In this document: positions 19,769-29,440 of the stretch, one piece after another
Layout of the letters: every line of letters starts with the position of its first letter
Position numbering within the stretch: position 1 is the stretch's first letter
From: an uncultured delta proteobacterium
GTDB taxonomy: Bacteria > Desulfobacterota > Binatia > UBA9968
Assembly (NCBI GenBank): GCA_963745835.1
Contig: CAVUZH010000018.1
Location: 192,001-256,000, forward strand
Reading direction: 5' to 3'
Length of the DNA stretch: 64,000 nt
Program-made: the position numbers and the translations under genes
Notes under the pieces: model-generated
What the model was told of the DNA's origin: nothing
Seen by the model: the letters and a program-made list of their open reading frames with translations, nothing else
Database searches by the model: none

Positions 19769-21307
19769 ATGTTCTGGAGCATTCGTCTTGCTCTATTATC
19801 GATATTCGTGGTGCTGGCGATCGCGCACGCGCCCGGCCATGCGCAGTCGCCGGCCGCGCTGCTCCGGCAGTCGGCCAACGCCATGGGCGGGTTAGCAGCG
19901 CTGAGCGCGCTAAAGAGCGAGGTGATTGAAAGCGAAGGCAAACAGTTCGATTCTTCTTCGACGGCGCAGCCGCTCGGTCCGACCCGGCAGATCACCACGT
20001 TTCGCTACACCCTCACACGCGATCTCATCCGACCCCGATTGCGGCTTGTGTGGGAATGGCAAAGCCTGGGCAGCAAGCAAGCCGGCCGCTTCGTTGAAAC
20101 CATCGACGGCTCGATTGGAATGCTGCAGCAAGGAGGAGACGGCGCCAAGCAAACCCGCCTGCATCCCGGCCGTTTGGCAACCCGCCTGCGCGAGGAGCAC
20201 CGCAATCCCGCAAGACTCGTCCTGGCTGCCTTGAACAACAAGAGTTTGCGCAACCGCGGTGATGTCCAGCTCGACGGCAAACGCCATACGGTGTTGTCCT
20301 TTAGTGAAAAGGACGATGAGTTTCGCATCTACATCGATGCGCAAACGCGGCTGCCGGCACAAACCGAAATTCTCGAGGACGATCCGCTCGAAGGCGACAG
20401 CAGCTACACGCTACGGTACGGCGACTGGCGCAAAGTCGACCGCGTGATGCTGCCGTTTAGTTTGCGCTATGAGCTGAACGGTAAAGTGCTGCAGGAGGAG
20501 CAGATCAGATCGATTCGCCACAACCTGGCGCTCGGCGGCGACGTCTTTGCCATCCCCGAGTCCGTGCGGAATGAAAAAACCGACGCTACGCCGATTGCAT
20601 CCCAATGGATTCTGCGCCGTATCGCGGGCAACGTCAGTTATCAAGACATGGGCCGCGCGCCCGCGGTCCAGTGGGTGGAACTCGCGCCCGGCGTGCACAA
20701 GATTCAAGGTAGTTCCCATGCGACGATCTTAGTCGAGATGGGTGATCATCTGGTCGCCGTTGAGGGTCCGCTGTACGAAGCCCGCACGGCGCCGGTGGTC
20801 AAGTCGATAAAGGAGCGATTCCCCGGAAAGCCGATCCGCTATGCGATCCCGACCCACCACCATCTGGATCACGCCGGCGGGATTCGCGCGTTTATGGCGG
20901 AAGGCGCGGCGATAGTCGTACCCTTCAACGCCCGGGCATTCTATGAGAAAGTCGCGCGTGCGCCGCACACGCGCAATCCTGACAGTCTGGAGCGCAGCAA
21001 ACGACCCGTGGTCATCGAAGCGTTCGGCGGCGGCCACAGAGTTCTCACCGATGGCGCGCGTCGGGTCGAGGTTCATCCGCTTCCGACCTCCCACGCGACA
21101 GACCTGGTCGTGGTATATCTGCCCAGGGAAAAATTGCTTATCGAAGCCGACCACATCAGCCCGCGAAACGGCGAGGTGCCGCCGGGCCCTCGGGTCAAGG
21201 AATTTGTCCAAGAGCTCGACAAGCTCAATCTCGATGTCGCGACGATCGTTGGCATCCATGGCGACCAGGCGAGTCTGGAGACCACCCGAACAGCAGCCAA
21301 GAAGTAG
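19769..21307 (+). CDS. Secreted MBL-fold metallo-hydrolase with an N-terminal beta-rich domain
   Basis: RBS GGAGG, signal peptide, THHHLDHAGG (HxHxDH), LLIEAD, VGIHG. Confidence 0.88.
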   Translation: MFWSIRLALLSIFVVLAIAHAPGHAQSPAALLRQSANAMGGLAALSALKSEVIESEGKQFDSSSTAQPLGPTRQITTFRYTLTRDLIRPRLRLVWEWQSLGSKQAGRFVETIDGSIGMLQQGGDGAKQTRLHPGRLATRLREEHRNPARLVLAALNNKSLRNRGDVQLDGKRHTVLSFSEKDDEFRIYIDAQTRLPAQTEILEDDPLEGDSSYTLRYGDWRKVDRVMLPFSLRYELNGKVLQEEQIRSIRHNLALGGDVFAIPESVRNEKTDATPIASQWILRRIAGNVSYQDMGRAPAVQWVELAPGVHKIQGSSHATILVEMGDHLVAVEGPLYEARTAPVVKSIKERFPGKPIRYAIPTHHHLDHAGGIRAFMAEGAAIVVPFNARAFYEKVARAPHTRNPDSLERSKRPVVIEAFGGGHRVLTDGARRVEVHPLPTSHATDLVVVYLPREKLLIEADHISPRNGEVPPGPRVKEFVQELDKLNLDVATIVGIHGDQASLETTRTAAKK

Positions 21308-21339
21308 GTGCGCCATCGCAGCCTAGGCGGGCAGGAAGA

Positions 21340-21513
21340 GAAGGGGTCGAGTCCGTTACCGGATACGGCATATCAGTCGGTCTATAACTGCGGCTGGCCA
21401 AAAGCAGTTTAGGCAACGTATTACTAATAGCGCACACGATCAGGAGCAGAGACGATGAAGAAGTCACGCGGATCATCAGTGCGCGGTGCGAGCCGGAAAG
21501 AACGAAAAGTATG
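21340..21513 (+). pseudogene. brnT: BrnT toxin, 5'-truncated remnant
   Basis: RLAKSSLGNVLLIAHTIR..TRIISAR..ASRKERK matches the BrnT C-terminus; no start found. Confidence 0.65.
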
Positions 21514-21746
21514 AAACCGAAGAAAGTTGACTTCTCGGATATTCCCGAGCTTTCCGACGAGCAACGTTCTTCTATGCGTCGGGTGGGTAGACCGACCGTG
21601 GGGCGACGAGCCGAGAAAACTGATCGCGATCCGATTGAACGCGAAGGTATTGGGTTGGCTACGTAAGACAGCCAAGAAAAAAAGGACTGCGGTATCAGTC
21701 GTTAGTCAACGAGATCCTTGCCCGCGAGATGCGGAAGGCGAGTTAG
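21511..21746 (+). CDS. brnA: BrnA antitoxin (two homopolymer frameshifts, possibly errors)
   Basis: MKPKKVDFSDIPELSDEQ..GRP..KLIAIRLNAKVLGWLR..YQSLVNEIL. Confidence 0.75.
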
Positions 21747-21880
21747 CGACTGGAATAGATCCAACATTCATGTCGCGAAAGATGGCCGGTCCTGGGTGTG
21801 GGGGCGAATATAATAGTGACCGCCGGTATCTAACGACATCAAGAGCGGAATGTGTCACTGCAAAGCTAGCGGTTCGATGT

Positions 21881-22050
21881 CAATCGGCATCGGTGCCAAC
21901 TTGCTCGCTGCAGAAAATCGGAGGCGGAGCTCAAGCAAAGACATTATCCTGAATAGGCCATCAGCAAAATTCTCGGCGGCAATTTACTGCGGGTCCTGCG
22001 CCAGGTCCTCCCATGATCATTTGTTCCTGCCTGATGATCGAGAGTAATGA
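21881..22050 (+). pseudogene. Dipeptidase-like gene 3'-end remnant, copy 3
   Basis: ELKQRHYPE*AISKILGGNLLRVLRQVLP*; shares post-stop sequence with copy 1. Confidence 0.62.
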
Positions 22051-22298
22051 TCCAGACCTACGCGCACGTCAACTGGCGATATGGATCGATGCGGCCGCTC
22101 CGCTTCGGGCGCCGGGACGAGCCTCGAAATCGGTTTTGTCTTCCGGTTGACTGCCATCACTTCGGTCAACTTTGCTGTCGCCTCAGTGCCTATGACCCGG
22201 AAGAATAGTCGATACGAAAGCCATCCGCTAAGCCGCCGCCCCGTCTTCACCGAAGATTTGAATCCGCCACGCCTGGACCGTTTTCGTTTAGGCCCGAT

Positions 22299-23310
22299 TC
22301 AAATCAGTGATAATCGCTTATGGGCCTTAGTCAGTTCACTTGCCATTCTCTTTTCAGGATCAAAATGATGTCCGGATGCAAATGGGAACCAGATTCCACT
22401 GTAGTGGCGGCAGTAGGTGATCACGTAGGTAAATAGATTAAACAGCCTAAGCATTCCAACCAACCGAATCCCTTGCCTTTGAGCCACAACAATATGTCCG
22501 TTGGTCACCGGTACTCCTAATCGAACTTCTTCGTATAAGATTGGTCTTGGATCCGTCGAAAAGAAGCGCTCCGTATCTCCCTTGCTGTAACGAATGTAAT
22601 TCCGAATATCGTCAAAGTCCTCACGCAGCACAAATTCTTTTCCGAGAACAAACGCCAGATAGTTAAAAGCAATCTTACAAAGGGCTCTGAAAATCGGCCT
22701 GTCAATCTTCAGGTCGCCTAAGATGGCGACTCTCGACCCAATTTTTACAGATTCCGGCCACTCTAACTCGCCTTTCACCTCCGTTTTCAAGCCTTTCGCT
22801 TCGAGGTTTCTAAGGAGGCCGGGTAATTCCCTATCGTTGGGAACAAACATGTGGATTTCCTGTACCTCAAATCCCATATCGATTAGGACTGCTTTTTCTG
22901 GTATTTCATCAGCTTTGAAATACACGTATTTGCCAGTTTCTTTTTTTCGAAAGCCAACCTGTGGAAGCGGTTCATGTGAAATATTACCACCGCGGGTCTC
23001 CGGCATTGGCCTAACATGCATGCCCGCTAATTCTTCACCTTCGGCAATTCGAAAACTAACACGGCGATGCCTAGGATCTGTTTTGGGCTTTATGTCGAAC
23101 TTGTACCTGTAAACGCCTTCAGCTGTATCTCTGCTTAAAAGAAGTTCCAGATTGTCGCCGAAATATTTGTTGCAATCGCTGCAAACAGTCCCTCGAAGAA
23201 CAAGATTATTCTGAAACCTACCTAACGCCTCAGGTATAACGTGCTCTCGATTTGAAATCCGTCCTAGGCTTGACTTGGGAGCAGTAAATGCACTTAAAAC
23301 AGCTACTCAT
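22299..23310 (-). CDS. HNH endonuclease domain protein (one frameshift near 23253)
   Basis: Reverse strand from ATG 23310: MSSCFKCIYC..(fs)REHVIPEALG..VCSDCNKYFG, continuing in frame into ORF 22299..23021; AT-richer than flanks. Confidence 0.8.
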
Positions 23311-23445
23311 TGAAACCAGTCTACATCGAAACAGTGCGATTTAGAAAGTTGCTGTTGGAATCGGGGACGCTGGAGTTGAGACCAAGGTTCATCACCGGAA
23401 TTTAACAGGTAGCCGGCTGAAGAGAATCTCGTAAAAGGCTCAGTT

Positions 23446-23970
23446 ATGGTGAGGCCGCTCCGGCTAGAATTTGCCTGGTGCCATCTATCAGCTGACAAGC
23501 GCGGCAACGCACGCCAGAAAGTGTTTTCAGCGATGACGATCAAGAGCTGTTTCTGAATACTTCATCTAGGGTCGTCAAAAGGCTATGGTTATATCTGCTG
23601 ATTGAGACACCGAAGGCCAATCTCTCAATCGGCATGCGCCAGCTCAGCCGAATCTATAAGCAAAGCTTTTAATCGCCGGCACAACAGGGTCGGGCATTTG
23701 TATCAAGATCGATTGAAGGCGATTCTGGTGGAAAGGGAATCCCACCTCCTGGAGCTGTGCCGCTTATATCGTGCTCATCCGCTACGGGTTAAAAGCAGTG
23801 TCAGGTCACAGACCTGGAAGTGGAGCAGTTACCGGGCAACAGTTGGACTGGCTGCAGTGCCAGAGTTTCTAAGCACCGATTGATAGTCGCGCAATTCCGC
23901 AAGAAACACGACTCAAGCGCAGAAGCAGTACCGGGAATTGTCAGGGTATCTTCGTGAGAAGGATTGGAGC
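23446..23970 (+). pseudogene. RAYT/IS200-like Y1 tyrosine transposase pseudogene
   Basis: MVRPLRLEF..RGNARQKVF..IETPKANLSIGMRQL..FNRRHNRVGHLYQDR.KAILVE..WKWSSYRA; HUH segment deleted, several frameshifts and stops. Confidence 0.85.
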
Positions 23971-24002
23971 TTGGCTTTGAATGGCGTCGTGCACACGATA
24001 TC

Positions 24003-24902
24003 TCAAGTTTGCCCCACCCAGTCGGAACCGGCAATTTCGCGCCAGCGACTGCGAACGTTTTCAAAGACTTCGACGGGCAATGTTCCGGCCTCCAAGGCCA
24101 GCGCATTTTCCGAAAACCTCTCAGACTTGGTTGTGCCGACAATCGCCGTATGAACACCTGAGACGGTAAGCACAAAGCGTAGCGCTGTTGCCACGGAGTC
24201 GTGCAGATCGCCGCGCAGAAAATCGTACTTGAGTTTCTGCAGTCGCTCCCAATAAGGATAGCCATAATCGTTCCGGGCAGGCCGGTCGCCATCGGCCCAA
24301 GCGACGTTTGCCACCGGCCGCTTCGCAATCACCCCCATGTTTCGTTTCTTTGCCAGAGGCAATGTTAGATCGAGCGCTTCCTGATCAGCAATGTTGATAG
24401 ACGTTTGCAACGAATCGAACTGGCCGCTGTTAACCGCATACAGTGCTGCTTGGCTGTCCCCGCTGTACCCGATGAAGCGGGTGTAGCCACGCTCGCGTGC
24501 TCGCTTGAGAAACTCGATCACTTCACCTTTACGCAGCTCGTCTTCCGAACAGCTGTGGAGCTGTAGCAAGTCGACATGATCCGTCTTCAGCCGTCTAAGG
24601 CTTCTCTCGATAGATTTCCAAAGCGAAGACGGGCGCCAATCCGGATAACTCCATCCTCGTTCATGGCCGCATTTGGTAAAGAGATAGTAATCGCCTCGTC
24701 GAGCGCTGATCGCGTTTCCGATCAATTCCTCACTGGTGACGTAACACTCGGCCGTATCGATGACGTTGACCCCGGCGTCGAGAGCACGATTCAACAATTT
24801 GCTCACAGAGGCGAGTGATGCTCGCTCATAGCCGATCTCCGAGCCGCCGAAGCCGAGAACACTAACATTCATATCGGTTTTGCCAAACCGGCGCTTTTCC
24901 AT
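24003..24902 (-). CDS. Aldo/keto reductase
   Basis: VSVLGFGG, IDTAECY, LFTKCG, SLRRLKTDHVDLLQLH. Confidence 0.95.
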   Translation of the reverse strand: MEKRRFGKTDMNVSVLGFGGSEIGYERASLASVSKLLNRALDAGVNVIDTAECYVTSEELIGNAISARRGDYYLFTKCGHERGWSYPDWRPSSLWKSIERSLRRLKTDHVDLLQLHSCSEDELRKGEVIEFLKRARERGYTRFIGYSGDSQAALYAVNSGQFDSLQTSINIADQEALDLTLPLAKKRNMGVIAKRPVANVAWADGDRPARNDYGYPYWERLQKLKYDFLRGDLHDSVATALRFVLTVSGVHTAIVGTTKSERFSENALALEAGTLPVEVFENVRSRWREIAGSDWVGQT

Positions 24903-24917
24903 TTTTTACCTTAAAGG

Positions 24918-25115
24918 ACAGTGCCCAGCGACAGTGGGTCACGTCTTGCAACGACACATTTGCAGCTCTCCAGACGCTCGCCGATCACCCAACTTTCTTG
25001 CTCGCGCTGACCGAATGCAATTCACTCAAATTTCGGTTTCTCTTTTAGATAATACTTCGAGAGCAGCGGTCGGTAACGCTCCATGAGTTCCTTATTGAGA
25101 TATGTCGGCGGCTTT
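24918..25115 (-). repeat. ~195-bp direct repeat: orphan copy of the amidohydrolase 3' end plus ~100 bp downstream
   Basis: Matches 29245-29440; encodes the identical peptide KPPTYLNKELMERYRPLLSKYYLKEKPKFE* with 3 synonymous changes. Confidence 0.93.
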
Positions 25116-25188
25116 GGCCTGGGATCACTTCCGCCATACGTGCCAAGGTATGCGGTGGATACCTCATGCCTCGAAGCGGCGTTCCCAA

Positions 25189-25809
25189 TTATTTTTTCGG
25201 AAACAGATTTTGCGCGGCGAGCGCTTTCGTGATCGTTTGCACATAGGACCTTATAGCCGCTTGCACGTTTGTCGGCTCCTTCGTTTTGAGGGTGCCGGTC
25301 CATACCAATTCGTTCTTGGCGACATCATAGAGCGCAGTCTCCGAGGTGTATTCGTTGTAACGGTAAGGGCCGGATGTCCCGGGAATTCCAGACCAAGCAG
25401 CGCCGGCATTTGAGCCGAAGATCCCGAACGAAATTTCCGGTCCTACTGTAGGGTAGTTGGTCTTCTCTTCCACCTTGACTGATCGCATAAAGAGCAAGCC
25501 GTCGGCCCGGGCTTTTTGCGCGGCCTGTTTGAGGTTGTTTTCATTCGTCTCATCATTCTCCGGCATGTACCGATAGCTCGGCGATGCGTTGACGCCCACT
25601 GCCGCTAGTTGAGTCACGAACTCGTCTTCGAAATTGCGCCGCACGCTGACATCCCCGCTTGGACCTCCAATCATCAGTCGCTGCAAGGAGCCCGAAGTCT
25701 GCGCGGGATTACGCCATTCACTGACGATTGGGGTAGCGGTCGAACAACCGTTGAGAGTGAGGGTGATGAAAAGAATTTCCACAATGCCTAAGAGCAACGT
25801 CTGCTTCAT
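25189..25809 (-). CDS. Lipoprotein, hypothetical (DUF4136-like)
   Basis: Lipobox LNGC; RRNFEDEFV, ETALYDV..LVWTG. Confidence 0.75.
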   Translation of the reverse strand: MKQTLLLGIVEILFITLTLNGCSTATPIVSEWRNPAQTSGSLQRLMIGGPSGDVSVRRNFEDEFVTQLAAVGVNASPSYRYMPENDETNENNLKQAAQKARADGLLFMRSVKVEEKTNYPTVGPEISFGIFGSNAGAAWSGIPGTSGPYRYNEYTSETALYDVAKNELVWTGTLKTKEPTNVQAAIRSYVQTITKALAAQNLFPKK

Positions 25810-26369
25810 GGCCGGATGTTCGCACTAAATCAACAGTCGTTACAAGACTCTCCTTAAAAAGGTCCGGTTGCGGAAATTCACCAAGCACACGCGAAGATCA
25901 AGCACCGGTTCTTTGAGGTAGCGAACAAGCGCAAAATGGCCACGATCTTTCACGAGGAGGTCTGGGCCAGCAAAGGAAGCCTAACGGCATGCGGACATAA
26001 GTACTATGAAATGGGCCGGCGGGCCCGCGGATCTATGCCAAAAATCGTTAGCGGCGTGCATTCTAAGGACCTAGCGTGGCGCACGCAATTAAATTTGACC
26101 TGGCCACTAATCTTAGAAACCGCAGCAGAGATTGCGCCGGAACTATTGAAGAAGGGCCGATAAGGTTATTCGATAGCTAATTGAATACGTCTCAGCCGGT
26201 GTTCTACGCTGTTCTACGTTCCCGCGCTTTCGGGCTGAGCTAGTGCAGCGTGCAGCATTACTGCATCCGACTGTTGCCTTCGCTTGATCGATGATGACTC
26301 GTTCGATCCTTTCTACGAAATCTGATGAGACTGGTTTATAGATAGTTGCAAAAATAACGTCAGCACCAA

Positions 26370-27440
26370 TTACGGCATGCTAACGTACCCTTCATTAACC
26401 AGATAATTTTTAATTGCCTCGGCGACAGCAAGATGACCTGCAGGTTCCCAATGCCCGCTCGATCTGAAAGCTTCTCCTTTTGCTCTTCTTTCAGCAAAGT
26501 GGGGTCTCGTAGAAAAACATCTGGCTTTTTCATTTAGCCGGCACAAGGTGAGCATGTACGCCTCACCTCGGGTCACGGCGACGTCCATGGCGATTTCTCT
26601 TGCTCGCGGGAGATATGCCAGTATTGGAATTGCATGGACGCTGTCGACTAACTTTATCATCGCGGTCAATATGGCGCTCGTAATGTCCTCCATTTCTTTC
26701 TCTCGAAGCCCTAATAAGCTTTTTACTCTGTAGTGTATTAATGAAGATATATCGGCAATCCTCGGTCTGCTCCAATCCCGTTGGAGGATGTCCTGGGGAC
26801 GTGGAACCGGCGTGCCTGTCAACTTAAGCTCACCTCCCTTTAGGACAAAGCGAGGTTTCGCAAAGTCTCTGAATTCGAGTAGATTTCTAGACATATCTAG
26901 CGGCAGAAAACCTAAGATAACGATATCCGGCTGGTATCTGACTCCTTCTTCTCGAAGAAGAATCAACATCTGATCATGGCCGTAGCCGTGTACGCCCATG
27001 TTGATGATTTCTGTATGCGGCAGCATTTGTTGAAGATAGTAACAATATGTTTCGTCATCGCTCACTTCATCACCGAAAGTAAACGAATCTCCGAGTACCA
27101 ATATTCGTTGTTTGTTTTTGGTATAGGGGAAGTTCTTCTTGCCTCTAAGACCTTTAGAATTCGTGTTTAAAATCTTATTGTCGAATACTCTTACGTCTTT
27201 GAGATCGGGCTTGGGTCGCCATCCTTTGGAAGGATCATAGATGTCAAATGTGTAGTAGGCTTCCGTACTAGAATATTGATGTCTCTGAACCCAATTGCGA
27301 CGGTGCGTATAATCCTCATTTGCCTGGAGACGTTGAGCAACTTGAGGTATTGAAAAAGCCAGCCTAGCAAAGCCCTCAAATAAGAAGGCTAAGAAACCGA
27401 CATATCCAAGAACCAAAAAAAATTTCCGCGTCCTGCTCAT
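26370..27440 (-). CDS. SGNH/GDSL hydrolase family protein with an N-terminal TM helix
   Basis: TNSKGLRG, LVLGDSFTFG, NMGVHGYG, GHWEPAGH. Confidence 0.88.
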   Translation of the reverse strand: MSRTRKFFLVLGYVGFLAFLFEGFARLAFSIPQVAQRLQANEDYTHRRNWVQRHQYSSTEAYYTFDIYDPSKGWRPKPDLKDVRVFDNKILNTNSKGLRGKKNFPYTKNKQRILVLGDSFTFGDEVSDDETYCYYLQQMLPHTEIINMGVHGYGHDQMLILLREEGVRYQPDIVILGFLPLDMSRNLLEFRDFAKPRFVLKGGELKLTGTPVPRPQDILQRDWSRPRIADISSLIHYRVKSLLGLREKEMEDITSAILTAMIKLVDSVHAIPILAYLPRAREIAMDVAVTRGEAYMLTLCRLNEKARCFSTRPHFAERRAKGEAFRSSGHWEPAGHLAVAEAIKNYLVNEGYVSMP

Positions 27441-27602
27441 TTTGCATCAATTGGTTGCTGGTCCGGAACCTTCACCTTAGATCACCATCAAAACTCCACC
27501 GAGCCCGAATGGGAGCGCGAATGCTTTTTTGACGCCGGGCGGATGCGTGCAGCCTCTTTAGGTTCACGCGATTTTTCGAGTGGCGCAGGCTGGTGGCCGT
27601 TA

Positions 27603-28500
27603 CTACAACATTGCCCTCCAGACTCGATAGAAACGGTATTTCAGAAAAAATGGTCGAAGAATAATCGCTTCCCTTATCGCTTCCAGAGCTCTGTTCCTTT
27701 CACCAATTTTCCAGCGCCATTTCGCGAGTCTATAAAAACGGTGGGCCTTGCGCCTGTTGATATGGTGGCGACCGAGAATTTTGATGGACTCGGGGAACTC
27801 CTGAACTAGTTTGTCGATAACCTTTAGGTTCTCTAATTGTCTAAGCTCCTCGTTACCCCCGATGCTTCCTTGATGCCGGCGATAAAAAAACACTACCTTA
27901 TCCAGATAAGCAACCGGGAAGCGAATGAAAACCCTAAAAGCCAAATCCAAATCCATGGCGATTCGTAATGTCTCATCGAGTCCGCCAATGGTCAAAAGAA
28001 CCTGCCTGGAAAGAAGCGTTGCCTGCAGACGAAGGATACTCACGTCGAAAAGATCCACCAGCTTCACTCCGTCTTGGGCCAGCCGCTTAGATTTCTCCAA
28101 GGGAATGATAGTCTTTGTTTTTGGACCTCCAACATAACCGCCATTGGCGAAAACCATGCCGAGTTCATTGCTTTTTTTCACAATGCCGTAGAGACTTTCC
28201 AGATGATTTCGCCGCACAGATATCGTCGGAATCCTGAATAGAGATCCAATTCGCGCGAGCATTCTGGATGCCGACATTTCTTGCCGCAGAGGGGCCGCGG
28301 TTCTCCTGACGGATATAGCGCAGAATATGACCATATGACTTCACCAGCGCTTCGGTCTCATCGGTTGAACCGTCGTCCACCACGATAATCTCGAAATCGC
28401 GAAATGTCTGCGTCACGATGCTATCGAGCGTTTCTCTTAGCAAACTTGCTCGATTGTACGTCGCTATAACTACTGAGATGAGTGGGGTTCTAATAGGCAT
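27603..28500 (-). CDS. Glycosyltransferase family 2 (frameshift near 28210)
   Basis: ISVVIATYNRA, IIVVDDGSTD, NRGPSAARN, QDSDD; C-terminal GGLDE..DLDL..FYRRH in ORF 27603..28334. Confidence 0.88.
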
Positions 28501-28867
28501 CGAAGATAGTAATTTTCTCAACCGATTCTTCTACCCTCTGTTCTGAGTAGCGAAGATTCGGTCTTGTGCTCTGGGGTATGGCAGGCGCTCCCATGGAAAA
28601 CCAGCGGCGCGATCGGCCCAATGCTTTTAGAAGCTTACCACTCGGTGGCATAACAAAAACAGGAGTGACAAGAACGAGGATCACCGGGATCTCTGCACCT
28701 TCTCTTCGTCTAATTCGCTCTCGATATCGGTGCAAGTGACTGCAGCTGACGACCTCGCTTTCGTATCTTCTCGTTGGAATTTCGCTCGGCCCCTCTCTTG
28801 TGGGCATGATCCAATTAGAGCCTTCCAACTGCCTGACTCTTGGAAATAGCAACTGAAGTCCCGGTAG

Positions 28868-29246
28868 TCATTTCGCTTTATGGGACTGAAGGTCCATTAC
28901 CGCCTTCAGACGAAGCAATACAAGCCGGTGGATAGACGATTCACTCACCCGTGTGAGGATGGGGAGAGAATGTCTGGTCGGAAGCGAGCCCGCTCGGCAA
29001 TTCGAATTTGTGGATCCGAAAGTGGAGATGCCGGCTCTTTTGCCTTTCAAGTGCAAGGGCTGCTTAATCTCCGCGGCGCGCCATCAAATGAAACGGCGAT
29101 ACGTTGCCGCTTGCTGCGATGATAACCACTTCGCTGCCGGCGGCGGTTGCTGCAATTGCCGCTATAGCGCCGGGAATAATCGGCGCGCTACCTGCCAACA
29201 TGGCGGCCACCATCCGCGTGCTGCCACCGATGCGAACCAATTCCAC
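28868..29246 (-). pseudogene. NMT1/SsuA-like substrate-binding protein fragment
   Basis: ELVRIGGSTRMVAAMLAGS..LKGKRAGISTFGS across frameshifts; truncated exactly at the repeat boundary. Confidence 0.65.
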
Positions 29247-29440
29247 AGTGGGTCACGACGGTGGGTCAGCTTGCAATGACACATTTGCAACTTTCCAGGC
29301 GCGCGCCTATCGCCCAACTTTCTTGCTCGTTCTGGTCGAATGCAATTCACTCGAATTTCGGTTTCTCTTTTAGATAATACTTAGAGAGCAGCGGTCGGTA
29401 ACGCTCCATGAGTTCCTTATTGAGATAAGTCGGCGGCTTT
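29245..29440 (-). repeat. ~195-bp direct repeat, copy containing the functional amidohydrolase 3' end
   Basis: Matches 24918-25115. Confidence 0.93.

Noticed and set aside
16862-23970. Integron cassette array
   Set aside because: No intI and no convincing attC (RYYYAAC...GTTRRRY) sites; the spacers are gene-tail remnants.
25022-25303. 93-aa ORF ending in the amidohydrolase C-terminus
   Set aside because: A chance fusion of an alternative frame of the lipoprotein gene with the orphan tail repeat.
25860-26360. ORF 25936..26163 and flanking DNA as a gene or att site
   Set aside because: No family motif or repeat partner could be identified by eye.
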